Origin: Elusimicrobia bacterium GWB2_63_22
GTDB taxonomy: Bacteria; Elusimicrobiota; Elusimicrobia; Elusimicrobiales; UBA9959
Reading direction: 5' to 3'
Length of the DNA stretch: 64,000 nucleotides
Assembly: GCA_001799735.1 (NCBI GenBank)
Contig: MGUA01000008.1
Coordinates: 7,175-71,174 of the forward strand
Position 1 is the first letter of the stretch; the number at the start of each line of letters is the position of its first letter. Shown here piece after piece: positions 34,996 to 43,798 of the stretch. The position numbers were made by a program, and so were the translations under genes. The notes beneath the pieces were generated by a model, which ran no database searches, had not been told where the DNA came from, and was given only the letters and a program-made list of their open reading frames with translations.

Positions 34996-36453
34996 ATGCC
35001 GCTCAAGAATCAAGAGAAGGAAACCGCGGAACTTAAACCGCAGCCCGAGGCGCCGCTCAGGGCGCTCTACAAAAAAACCTTCGGCCGCGAGCCGGAGACC
35101 TTCGAGCCTTTAAAGGCGGACGGTTCCGCCCGCCGCCTGTTCCGCCTTGGCGGCAGCGGCCGCTCCGTCATAGGCGCCTTCGGCCCCGATAAGCTGGAGA
35201 ACCGCGCTTTCCTGTCTTTCTCCCGGCATTTCCGCGCCGAAAGGTTGCCGGTGCCCGAGATTTACGCCGAGGACTCTCCCCAGGGCGTGTACCTGGAGGA
35301 AGACCTCGGCAGCACCACCCTGTTCGAATACCTGACGGCCGAGCGCAAAGGCAGCGAGCTGCCCCCGCAGGTGATGGCCTCCTATAAAAAAGTTCTCGAC
35401 TGGCTCCCCAAATTTCAGGCGCAGGCCGGCCGCGGGCTGGACTTCAAGTTCTGTTACCCGCGCGACAGCTTCGACCGGCAGTCCATAATGTGGGACCTGA
35501 ACTATTTCAAGTACTACTTCCTCAAGCTGGCCAAGATCCCGTTCAACGAGGCCAAGCTCGAGGAGGATTTCGTCCGGTTCGCCGATTTCCTGCTGGAAGC
35601 CCCGGCGGATTATTTTCTCTACCGCGACTTCCAGAGCCGCAACATCATGCTGCGGGACGGCGAGCCGTGGTTCATAGACTACCAGGGCGGCCGCCGCGGC
35701 GCGCCGCATTACGACCTGGCCTCGCTGCTCTACGACGGCAAAGCCGACCTCGCCCCGGAGACCCGCGACGAGCTGCGCCGGTATTACCTCGAGGCCTCGG
35801 GCCAGAAGGCCGCGGAGTTCATGCGCCATTACCCGGCCTTCGTCTATATCCGCATCATGCAGGCCATGGGCGCCTACGGCCTGCGCGGTTTCTACGAGCG
35901 CAAGACCCATTTCCTCGCCAGCGTGCCCTACGCGGTGCGCAACATAGAGTGGCTGCTCAGGAACACGGAGCTCGAGGTGAAAGTGCCGGAGCTGACCGCC
36001 TGCTTCAAGCGCATCTCGGCCTCCTCGGCGCTGCGCCAGTTCGGGCAGACCAAGTTAGGCCTTACCGTGCGCGTGATGAGCTTTTCCTACAAGAACGGCG
36101 TGCCGCTGGATGACCGCGGCCACGGCGGCGGGTTCATCTTCGACTGCCGCGCCCTGCCCAACCCGGGGCGCTACGAGGAGTACGCCCAGCTCACCGGCCG
36201 GGATAAACCGGTGATGGACTTCCTGCTCAAGGAGCCGGAAGTTTCCAAATTCCTGGAGAGCGTCTACGCCCTGACCGACCTGAGCGTGGAGAACTACCTC
36301 TCGCGCAATTTCAGCTCGCTGTCCGTGGCTTTCGGCTGTACCGGTGGCAGGCACCGCTCGGTGTTCTGCGCCGAGGCGCTGGCCGCCCGCGTTAAGGGCC
36401 GCTACGGCGCGCGGGTGGAGCTGTCCCACCGCGAGATCGGGGCCGCCAAATGA
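34996..36453 (+). CDS. Fusion: AmgK-like anomeric sugar kinase (APH fold) plus RapZ C-terminal domain
   Basis: N-half has YRDFQSRNIML ... IDYQGGRRGAPHYDLASLLYD. C-half has FSYKNGVP ... FDCRALPNPGRY ... LTGRDKPV ... FGCTGGRHRSV, matching the RapZ C-terminal domain. Confidence 0.75.
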   Translation: MPLKNQEKETAELKPQPEAPLRALYKKTFGREPETFEPLKADGSARRLFRLGGSGRSVIGAFGPDKLENRAFLSFSRHFRAERLPVPEIYAEDSPQGVYLEEDLGSTTLFEYLTAERKGSELPPQVMASYKKVLDWLPKFQAQAGRGLDFKFCYPRDSFDRQSIMWDLNYFKYYFLKLAKIPFNEAKLEEDFVRFADFLLEAPADYFLYRDFQSRNIMLRDGEPWFIDYQGGRRGAPHYDLASLLYDGKADLAPETRDELRRYYLEASGQKAAEFMRHYPAFVYIRIMQAMGAYGLRGFYERKTHFLASVPYAVRNIEWLLRNTELEVKVPELTACFKRISASSALRQFGQTKLGLTVRVMSFSYKNGVPLDDRGHGGGFIFDCRALPNPGRYEEYAQLTGRDKPVMDFLLKEPEVSKFLESVYALTDLSVENYLSRNFSSLSVAFGCTGGRHRSVFCAEALAARVKGRYGARVELSHREIGAAK

Positions 36454-37163
36454 AAGCAATGGTCTTCGCGGCGGGCCTTGGCACCCGCCTGCGCCCCCTG
36501 ACCGACGAGCTCCCTAAGGCGCTCGTGGACATCGGCGGCGTGCCCGCGCTGGAGCTGGTGCTCCGGCGCCTGGCGGCGGCCGGCGTGACCGGGGCGGTGG
36601 TGAACACACATCATTTTCACGAGAAGATAGCGGCTTTCCTGCGCTCCAAAAATAATTTCGGGCTCAGGCTTGAGCTGTCGCGGGAGGAAGCCTTCCCGCT
36701 GGAGACCGGCGGGGGGCTGAAGAAAGCCGCGGCTTTCTTCGACGACGGGCGCCCGTTCTTCGCGTATAACGCCGACGTGTATTCCGAGCTGGACCTGCGC
36801 GCCCTTTACGCGGCGCACCTGGCCTCCGGGGCGCTGGCCACGCTGGCCGCGCGCGAGCGGCCTTCGGCGCGGCGGCTGGTGTTCGACCAGAACATGAATT
36901 TAAAAGGCCGCGAGGGGGAGTCCTCCCTGCCGGGCCTGCGGCCGCTGGCTTTCAGCGGCATCCAGGTGGTCTCGCCTTCCATCTTTTCAAAGATGACGGA
37001 GACCGGCGTGTTCTCCGTCACGGGGGTGTACCTGCGGCTGGCCGCGGCAGGTGAAAAAATAAAAGGCTTCGAGGACGTTTCCCCGTTCTGGTGCGATATC
37101 GGGGACCTGGCGCGGCTTGAGACCGTGCGCCGCCGCGCGGCGCAGACGGGGGCCGTGAAATGA
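36450..37163 (+). CDS. murU: MurNAc-alpha-1-P uridylyltransferase-like nucleotidyltransferase
   Basis: MKAMVFAAGLGTRLRPLTDELPKALV N-terminus. Overlaps the kinase gene stop (ATGA). Confidence 0.72.
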   Translation: MKAMVFAAGLGTRLRPLTDELPKALVDIGGVPALELVLRRLAAAGVTGAVVNTHHFHEKIAAFLRSKNNFGLRLELSREEAFPLETGGGLKKAAAFFDDGRPFFAYNADVYSELDLRALYAAHLASGALATLAARERPSARRLVFDQNMNLKGREGESSLPGLRPLAFSGIQVVSPSIFSKMTETGVFSVTGVYLRLAAAGEKIKGFEDVSPFWCDIGDLARLETVRRRAAQTGAVK

Positions 37164-37615
37164 TAGTCACCGACCTGGGGCTGCTGGAGCGGCAGGCGGG
37201 CATGACGCCCGGGCTGGCGCAGGCGCTGGAATTTTTGCGCCGGCCGGGGACGGGCGCTCTGCCCGACGGCCGCTACCCGATAGACGGGGAGAAAGTTTTC
37301 GCCATAGTGCAGCGCTACGTTACCTCCGCGCCGGCGGAGCCGAAGTTCGAGGCGCACCGGGCCTACCTGGACGTGCAGTACCTCGCCCAGGGCTCGGAGG
37401 TCATAGGCTGGGCGCCGCTGGCGCGCCTGGAGCTGACCGAGGCCTACGACGCGGAGAAGGATATTTGTTTCGGACGGGTGCGCGGGGGCTGGACGCCCGC
37501 GCTGGTAGAGGCCGGCCGGCTGGCCGTGCTGTGGCCGGAGGACGCCCACGCGCCGCGGCTGGCGGCGGACGCCCCGGCGGAAGTAATTAAAATCGTAGTA
37601 AAGGTGGCCCTATAA
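37160..37615 (+). CDS. YhcH/YjgK/YiaL (DUF386) family protein
   Basis: About 150 aa with G..YPIDGEKVFAIVQRY.T......FEAHR.Y.D.QY...G.E.IGW. Confidence 0.65.
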   Translation: MIVTDLGLLERQAGMTPGLAQALEFLRRPGTGALPDGRYPIDGEKVFAIVQRYVTSAPAEPKFEAHRAYLDVQYLAQGSEVIGWAPLARLELTEAYDAEKDICFGRVRGGWTPALVEAGRLAVLWPEDAHAPRLAADAPAEVIKIVVKVAL

Positions 37616-38019
37616 TGTTGCTCAAAGAACTGATACGCGTGACCATAAACCTGGAGATGGAATCTGTTTCCATCTTCGAGGTGGAGGCTGAAACGTTCGG
37701 CCGCTCCCATGAGAAGGGGGCGGAGATCAAGGAAATTTTCCTGCGGCTGGCCCGGGAGAAACGGACGCGCCTTAAGAAGCTGGGCGGGTACTTCAAGGAA
37801 GGCACCGGCTTCCGGGAACGGAGCACCCAACCATCCCGCTCCATAGAGGCGGCGATGCGCAATCATGTCTCGCGCTCCGAGCGCGCGATAGTCTGCTACA
37901 CCGGCCTTTACAAGCAGCTCACCAAACAGATCTTCAAGGACGCGATGGCGGCGATGCTGGCCGACGAGCGCGTGATGCTGGCCGACCTGAAAGCGTTCCA
38001 AGCCGGGTTTAAGAAGTAA
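37615..38019 (+). CDS. Hypothetical helical protein
   Basis: Overlapping start/stop with the upstream gene. No recognisable motifs. Confidence 0.4.
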   Translation: MLLKELIRVTINLEMESVSIFEVEAETFGRSHEKGAEIKEIFLRLAREKRTRLKKLGGYFKEGTGFRERSTQPSRSIEAAMRNHVSRSERAIVCYTGLYKQLTKQIFKDAMAAMLADERVMLADLKAFQAGFKK

Positions 38020-38020
38020 A

Positions 38021-39709
38021 TTATTTCTTTTCCAGCGCCGCCAGCCGCGCCAGGTTCTGTCGCGCGCTGACCAGGCCGGGGGCGACTTTCAGCGCCCTGC
38101 TGAAAAGCTCCCGGGCTCCGGCGGGGTCCCCGCCCATGGCGAGCAGGATGCCGTAGTCGTTGAGCCCTTCCAGATCGTAAGGATTTATCTCCAGCAGCCG
38201 CGTGTAGAAAGCGGCCGCGGGCAGCCGTCTGCCCGCCCCGGCGTTAAGCCTGGCGGCGGCCAGCAGCGAGGGGGCGTAGCGCGGGTCCGCCTGCAGGGAG
38301 GCGGCCAGGGCGGCGCCGGCCTCTTTTTTGCCGGCGGCGGCCAGGACGCAGTACCTGTTGTAATGGGTTTCGGCGCTCCCGGGTTTTGCGGCCAGGGCCG
38401 CGTCCAGCGCGGCCAGCGCGCCGGGCGTGTCGCCGCCCCGCCAGCGCGCCAGCGCCAGGCCGTTGAGGTACATGGCGTTGCCGGGGTCTTCCGTGGTTAT
38501 TTTCTCAAGTATGGGCAGGCTTTCGGCCGTTCTGCCGAGCAGGTAATATTCCCGCGCCAGGTTGTAGAGCATCGGCTTGGACTGCGAGCGCCGCGCCCCG
38601 TGCTCGTAGATCTTCAGGTCTGTGTCGCGCCGGGTGATGTTTACCGCCGAGGCCATTATCAGAATCAGCGCGGCCGCCGGGAAAAGCTTGCGCAACGGGT
38701 AGAGGGCGCTAGCGGCCCAGAGGAAAAGCCCGGCGTTGGCGAGGTAGACCCAGTGGTCCAGCATCAGGTCGTTGGTCGCCAGCAGCGGCATTTTAGGGGC
38801 GAGGTTGAGCAGGTACCAGCCCGCGCAGAACAGCGCGGCTCTCCCGCCTTTTTTCCACAATAACAATCCCGCTCCAGCCAGCAGCGGCAGCGCCAGGTAG
38901 TTGAGCGCCGCCGAGGCCGGCTGCATGCGGTGGGAATGCATGCCAAAAGGCAGCAGCGCTTCCTTAAGATAAACCAGCACTGTCTGCGGTACCTTAAGGA
39001 AGAGGCCGGAGAGCACCGGCAGAAAACCTTTGGACAGCGCGTCCAGGCCCAACGCCTGGTGGCGCAGGAAAAGGTAGAGGGGGATAAAAGCGAAGAACGG
39101 CAGCAGCTTGAGATATTCTTTTCTGTCTTTTTTCAGATACCAGAAACACAGCGCGCCGAGCGCCGGGGTTATTATCCCGTTCTCCTTGAAGCCGGCCGCG
39201 GCCAGGAAGAGGAGGAAAGAAAGGATGGTCCGGCCTTTGACCAGCAGCAGCAGCGAGGCCAGCGTGCAGGCCGCCGAGGCCAGCTCCGCCCGCCCTGCCA
39301 CCACGAGCAATTGCTCGACGGCGGCGGGGTGCACCGCCAGCAGAATTCCGGCGCAGAGGGCCGCTCCCCGGCCCAGGCCCAGCGCCATGGCCAGGTAGAA
39401 GAACAGTACGGCCGCCGCGGCGTGGGCAGCGAAATTGGTGAGGTGATAACCGAAGGGTCTGTAGCCCCAGACCGCGAAATCGGTCATGTTGCTGACGGTC
39501 TGCAAGGGCCGGTAATAGTTGAGGCCCTGCGAAAAAGGGTCTCCCTTGAAAGCCGCTCCCAGATTGGCCGCGGTGAGCTCTAGCCTCGGATTCTGCTCTA
39601 TCATCCGGTGGTCGTCCCACAAGAACCCGACCTTCAGCGTCAGCCCAAAAGCCAGCAACGCGGCCAGTAATATCCCCGCCGGCGCAAACCAGGGTCTCTC
39701 TTTGAGCAT
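38021..39709 (-). CDS. TMTC-like GT-C membrane protein (DUF1736-like) with C-terminal TPR repeats
   Basis: Start at MLKERPWF (ATG 39709). WDDHRMI, YYRPLQTVSNMTDFAVWGYRPFGYHLTNFAAH, multiple TM helices, then TPR. The upstream extension in the track runs through a structured non-coding element. Confidence 0.68.
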   Translation of the reverse strand: MLKERPWFAPAGILLAALLAFGLTLKVGFLWDDHRMIEQNPRLELTAANLGAAFKGDPFSQGLNYYRPLQTVSNMTDFAVWGYRPFGYHLTNFAAHAAAAVLFFYLAMALGLGRGAALCAGILLAVHPAAVEQLLVVAGRAELASAACTLASLLLLVKGRTILSFLLFLAAAGFKENGIITPALGALCFWYLKKDRKEYLKLLPFFAFIPLYLFLRHQALGLDALSKGFLPVLSGLFLKVPQTVLVYLKEALLPFGMHSHRMQPASAALNYLALPLLAGAGLLLWKKGGRAALFCAGWYLLNLAPKMPLLATNDLMLDHWVYLANAGLFLWAASALYPLRKLFPAAALILIMASAVNITRRDTDLKIYEHGARRSQSKPMLYNLAREYYLLGRTAESLPILEKITTEDPGNAMYLNGLALARWRGGDTPGALAALDAALAAKPGSAETHYNRYCVLAAAGKKEAGAALAASLQADPRYAPSLLAAARLNAGAGRRLPAAAFYTRLLEINPYDLEGLNDYGILLAMGGDPAGARELFSRALKVAPGLVSARQNLARLAALEKK

Positions 39710-39729
39710 TTTGAGATTATACCAAGTGA

Positions 39730-39906
39730 GGGGGCAGCGGGTGCTCCTCCCCAAAACCCGGCTTGCCGCAGGGAAACCGTTGGCCGTCTGACGAGCATAG
39801 CTCTTGATACGGCACGGGCATAGCCCAGCGCGGTTTCCCCCCCGCGGGAAATTAAGCGGGGCCCCCCTTTCCCCAAGGGTTTTGGGGAGGAGCACCCGCC
39901 GCCCCC
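39730..39906. repeat. 177-nt element: 30-bp near-perfect inverted repeat (39730-39759 / 39877-39906) enclosing a multi-hairpin core
   Basis: GGGGGCAGCGGGTGCTCCTCCCCAAAACCC versus GGGTTTTGGGGAGGAGCACCCGCCGCCCCC. Inner helices: GGGAAACCG/CGGTTTCCC, GCCGT/ACGGC, GGGC/GCCC, CCCCGC/GCGGGG. Confidence 0.7.
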
Positions 39907-39927
39907 TATAAAAGGTAAAATGTCACT

Positions 39928-40695
39928 ATGACAAAAACGGCGGACGGGTCGGAGGTTTACTGGGACGGCGATCATTACGACGCCTTCAACCAGCCCTATG
40001 AGGACGACCTCGCCTTCTACCTGGCCGAGGCCCGGAAAGCCCGCGGCCCCGTGCTGGAGCTGGCCTGCGGCACCGGCCGCCTGACCATACCGTTAAAGAA
40101 GAAGGGCATCGACATCACCGGGCTGGATTACGCCGCCCCCATGCTGGCCCGCGCCCGCGCCAAGGCCGCCGTCGCCGGCGTGAAAATAGATTTCAAAGCC
40201 GGCGACGCCAGGAATTTCCGTCTGGGCCGCAAGTTCAAACTTATCTTTATCGCCTTCAATTCCATGCAGCATTTCGGCCGCCGGCCCGAGCTGGAGGGCT
40301 TTTTCCGTTCCGTCAGGGCGCACCTCGCCCCGGGCGGGCGTTTTATCTTCGACGTGTTCAGCCCGGACCCCCGCTACCTCACCCGCGACCCGGAGGAGAT
40401 GCTGCCGGTGGCCTACTACGATGCCCCGGGCGGCGGCGGCAAGGTGCTGGTCAACGAAACCTACTCCTACGATAAAATGGCCCAGACCTCGCGCATCGTC
40501 TGGCATTACCGGAGCGAGAAAACAGGCAAAACGGTCAAAAAAAGCCTTAATTTACGGTGTTTTTTTCCTGAAGAGCTGCAGGCGCTGCTGCACTACAACG
40601 GTTTCAGGGCGCTCAGGCGTTACGGGGATTTCAAGCGCAGGCCTTTCGGCGAGGCGTCCATGAAGCAGGTCGTGGTCTGCGCCCCAGTATTGTAA
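39928..40695 (+). CDS. Class I SAM-dependent methyltransferase
   Basis: Motif I VLELACGTGRLT, plus the acidic post-I GLDYA. Confidence 0.8.
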   Translation: MTKTADGSEVYWDGDHYDAFNQPYEDDLAFYLAEARKARGPVLELACGTGRLTIPLKKKGIDITGLDYAAPMLARARAKAAVAGVKIDFKAGDARNFRLGRKFKLIFIAFNSMQHFGRRPELEGFFRSVRAHLAPGGRFIFDVFSPDPRYLTRDPEEMLPVAYYDAPGGGGKVLVNETYSYDKMAQTSRIVWHYRSEKTGKTVKKSLNLRCFFPEELQALLHYNGFRALRRYGDFKRRPFGEASMKQVVVCAPVL

Positions 40696-40727
40696 AGCCT
40701 CCTCCGATTTGGTATCATTAACCTACT

Positions 40728-41036
40728 ATGAATACCTATGAGTTAATGCTGATTATAAATCCCCAGCTTACCGACGCGGAAGTCGGCGAAGCGGTGGAAA
40801 AGTCCAAGAAGATCCTTACTGATGAGAAGGGCGAGGTGCTGGCCGAAGACAGGCTGGGCCGCAAGAAGTTCTCCCACGCCGTCGGCAAGAATCGCGACGG
40901 CTTCTACGTTTATATGAAGATCAAGGCGACTCCCGAGAGCGTCAAGGTCATCAACCATAACCTGAAGCTGCAGGAGACCGTTCTGCGCTCCCTGCTTATG
41001 AAAGCGGCCGTTGAGCAGCCGGTTAAAAAGGCCTAA
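40728..41036 (+). CDS. rpsF: 30S ribosomal protein S6
   Basis: MNTYELMLIINP... and the conserved rpsF-ssb-rpsR-rplI order. Confidence 0.9.
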   Translation: MNTYELMLIINPQLTDAEVGEAVEKSKKILTDEKGEVLAEDRLGRKKFSHAVGKNRDGFYVYMKIKATPESVKVINHNLKLQETVLRSLLMKAAVEQPVKKA

Positions 41037-41055
41037 GGAACCCCGCGGGGGCCCT

Positions 41056-41511
41056 ATGGACATACGGATACCGGAAATTAACCAGGTCATGATAGCCGGA
41101 AGGCTTACCCGTGATCCTGAACTGCGCTTCACGCAGAAGCAGCAGGGTGTAGCTTCCCTCTCCGTTGCCGTAAACCGCCGTTACCAGGACCAGGCCACCA
41201 GCGAATGGAAGGACGACACCACTTTTGTGTCCGTCACCGTCTGGGGTCCCGCAGCCGAGCGCTGCAAGGACAAGATGAAGAAAGGCAGCCCTGTCCTGAT
41301 AGAGGGGCGGCTGACCGCTTCCGAGTATACCGATAAGACCGGTCAGAAGCGCAAAGAGATGAAAGTAACCGCCCGCAGGGTGCAGTTAATGGCCTACGGC
41401 GAAGCGGCGGGCGGCGAGACGCCCCAGCAGCACGACTCCGAGGAGCCGGCGGCTGTCGAGACGGCGGAGCCCAGGGGCGACGCTTCCGGCATAGAAGAAG
41501 TACCCTTTTAA
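41056..41511 (+). CDS. ssb: Single-stranded DNA-binding protein
   Basis: INQVMIAGRLTRDPELRFT OB-fold start and an acidic tail ending ...EEVPF. Confidence 0.9.
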   Translation: MDIRIPEINQVMIAGRLTRDPELRFTQKQQGVASLSVAVNRRYQDQATSEWKDDTTFVSVTVWGPAAERCKDKMKKGSPVLIEGRLTASEYTDKTGQKRKEMKVTARRVQLMAYGEAAGGETPQQHDSEEPAAVETAEPRGDASGIEEVPF

Positions 41512-41533
41512 AAACCAGTAGGAGCTATCACAT

Positions 41534-41869
41534 ATGGAGAACAAAGAAACTACCCCCAGTCAGAGCCCGACCCCCGCGCCGGCCGCAGCCAGGCCGCCCA
41601 TGGGCGCCCCCATGCACCGCGAAGGCGGTCCCGGTCCTCGCCGCCCCGGCGGCCGCAGGTTCGCCCCGCGCCGCAAGGTCTGCAGGCTCTGCGCTGAACA
41701 CATTGACCTGGTGGACTATAAGCAGGCTCAGATCGTAAAGAGCTTCTGCACCGACACCGGCAAGATCCTTTCCCGGCGCATCACCGGCGCCTGCGCCAAG
41801 CACCAGCGCCAGATCATGAGGGCGGTAAAGATCAACCGCAACCTGTCCCTCATGTCCTATAACGGCTAA
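41534..41869 (+). CDS. rpsR: 30S ribosomal protein S18 with about 45-aa Pro/Ala/Arg-rich N-terminal extension
   Basis: CRLC..HIDLVDYK, ...KILSRRITG.CAKHQR. GGAG 9 nt upstream of the ATG. Confidence 0.88.
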   Translation: MENKETTPSQSPTPAPAAARPPMGAPMHREGGPGPRRPGGRRFAPRRKVCRLCAEHIDLVDYKQAQIVKSFCTDTGKILSRRITGACAKHQRQIMRAVKINRNLSLMSYNG

Positions 41870-41885
41870 TACTGGAGTATTAATC

Positions 41886-42335
41886 ATGAAAGTCATACTA
41901 AAAAAAGACGTCACCAACCTCGGCCGCTCCGGCGACATTAAGACCGTAAAAGACGGTTACGCCCGGAATTTCCTGATGCCCCGCGGCCTGGTGGAAACCG
42001 CCACCCCCGGCGCCCTCAGCGCCTGGAAGAACAGCGCCGACAAACGCGCCAAGCGCGTCGCCGGCGAGAACGAGGCCCTCGGGGGCCTGGCCAGGCGCCT
42101 TTCCGCGATCACCCTGTCCTTCTCCCGCCCCGTCTCCGAAGAGGGCGTCATGTTCGGTTCCGTGGCCAAGAGCGACATCATAAAGAACCTGGCCGCCGCC
42201 GACATCGAGATAGACAAAGACATGATCCGCCTGCCGGCCTCCATAAAGGCCGTCGGCACCTTCGAAGTCGAGATCGTCCTCAAGGCTGACATCGCGGCCA
42301 AGATCAAGGTCGCCGTTTCGGCCCAGAGCAAGTAA
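41886..42335 (+). CDS. rplI: 50S ribosomal protein L9
   Basis: MKVILKKDV.NLG..GD...VKDGYARNFL.P.G. Confidence 0.9.
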   Translation: MKVILKKDVTNLGRSGDIKTVKDGYARNFLMPRGLVETATPGALSAWKNSADKRAKRVAGENEALGGLARRLSAITLSFSRPVSEEGVMFGSVAKSDIIKNLAAADIEIDKDMIRLPASIKAVGTFEVEIVLKADIAAKIKVAVSAQSK

Positions 42336-42351
42336 CTTCAACTCTTGGAAC

Positions 42352-42390
42352 GCCCGGGCCAGCTTTAACCAGCCGGCCCGGGCTTTACTT
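42352..42390 (+). terminator. Possible terminator/attenuator after rplI
   Basis: GCCCGGGCC ... GGCCCGGGC 9-bp stem followed by TTTACTT. Confidence 0.4.
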
Positions 42391-42410
42391 AAAAGCAGCA
42401 GGGGGAGTAT

Positions 42411-43793
42411 ATGACCTACAGCAAGGTTCCTCCAAATTCACTCGACGCGGAAATGGCCGTCCTCGGGGCCATGCTCATCGAGAAAGAAGTCATAGAGAAC
42501 ATTACCGAGGTTCTCCAGCCTAAACATTTTTACAGCGAACAGCACCGCAAGATCTATGAGGCGATGCTGGAACTGCGCGGGCGCAACCAGCCCGTGGACG
42601 TGGTCACGCTTTCCGAAGAGCTCAAAAAGACCGGCCGCCTGGAAGAACTGGGCGGCCAGAAGTACCTGGGCGACCTGATGGACAAGGTCTCCACCTCCGC
42701 CCATACCCAGGCCTACGCCCAGATAGTCAAAGAGAAGGCCCAGCTGCGCGAACTCATCCGCGTCTCCACCAGCATCGTGGAAAAGTCCTTCGAGGGCGCC
42801 GAGGACGTGGGCAAGATCATGGATTTCGCCGAGGAGCAGGTGCTGGGCGTGGCGCAGCGCCATACCTCGCACGGCTTCAGCCCGGCTTCCGAGCTGGCCA
42901 CCGAGGTGCTCGGCCGCATAGAGAAGTACTACTCCAACCACAATTCCATCACCGGCGTGCCCACCGGCTTCTCCAAGCTCGACGAGATGACCGGCGGCCT
43001 GCAGAAGTCCGACCTGATCATCCTGGCGGCCCGCCCCAGCCAGGGCAAGACCGCCATGGCCCTCAATATGGCCTACCACGCCTGCGTGGAGAAAGGCATC
43101 CCGACGGCTTTCTTCTCGCTGGAAATGAATAAATATTCCATCATGCAGCGCATGATCTGCTCCGCGGCCCGCGCCAACCTGGGCGGCGTGCGCAACGGCC
43201 GCCTGCCGCGCGAGATCTGGCCGCAGCTGACGCGCTACACCGGCGAGGTCTCCAAGGCCCCGCTGTTTATAGACGATTCCCCGGGCCTCAACATCCTCGA
43301 GATCCGCAACCGCACGCGCAAGCTGATGAGCCAGCTCAAGAGCGAGAACAAGACGCTCGGCCTGATCGTCATCGACTACCTGCAGCTCATCCGCGGCGCC
43401 GGCAAGATCGAGAGCCGCCAGCAGGAAGTGTCCGAAATTTCCCGCCTGCTCAAGGACCTGGCCCGCAGCCTGGAAGTCCCCGTGATGGCGCTGTCGCAGC
43501 TCAACCGCCGCAGCGAAGACAAGGCCCGTGAGGGCAACCGCCCGCAGCTGTCCGACCTGCGCGACTCCGGCTCCATCGAGCAGGACGCCGACGTGGTGGG
43601 CCTGATCCATCGCCCCGAATATTACAACCGCACCGACCCGACGCTCAAAAACAAGGCTATTCTCATCATCGCCAAGCAGCGCAACGGGCCGGTGGGCGAC
43701 GTGGAGCTCGCTTTCTTCAACGAGTTCACCAAGTTCGAGAACCCCGCCATGCCCAGCATAGAGAACGCCGTGCCCGAAGAGGCAGTGTTCTAG
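42411..43793 (+). CDS. dnaB: Replicative DNA helicase
   Basis: PPNSLDAEMAVLGAML, Walker A ARPSQGKT, IVIDYLQL, SQLNR. Confidence 0.95.
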   Translation: MTYSKVPPNSLDAEMAVLGAMLIEKEVIENITEVLQPKHFYSEQHRKIYEAMLELRGRNQPVDVVTLSEELKKTGRLEELGGQKYLGDLMDKVSTSAHTQAYAQIVKEKAQLRELIRVSTSIVEKSFEGAEDVGKIMDFAEEQVLGVAQRHTSHGFSPASELATEVLGRIEKYYSNHNSITGVPTGFSKLDEMTGGLQKSDLIILAARPSQGKTAMALNMAYHACVEKGIPTAFFSLEMNKYSIMQRMICSAARANLGGVRNGRLPREIWPQLTRYTGEVSKAPLFIDDSPGLNILEIRNRTRKLMSQLKSENKTLGLIVIDYLQLIRGAGKIESRQQEVSEISRLLKDLARSLEVPVMALSQLNRRSEDKAREGNRPQLSDLRDSGSIEQDADVVGLIHRPEYYNRTDPTLKNKAILIIAKQRNGPVGDVELAFFNEFTKFENPAMPSIENAVPEEAVF

Positions 43794-43798
43794 AGGTC

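Noticed and set aside
39788-39800. CTGACGAG inside the structured element resembles the hammerhead ribozyme CUGANGA core.
   Set aside because: I could not place a compatible stem II closed by G-C, followed by GAAA and a stem III/cleavage site, in any of the three circular permutations on either strand.
39710-39895. N-terminal 62-residue extension of the TMTC-like protein (track start 39895).
   Set aside because: The extension is translated through the 30-bp inverted repeat and hairpin core and has an Arg/Gly/Pro-rich junk composition. A TGGTATAAT box lies 6 nt before the internal ATG at 39709.
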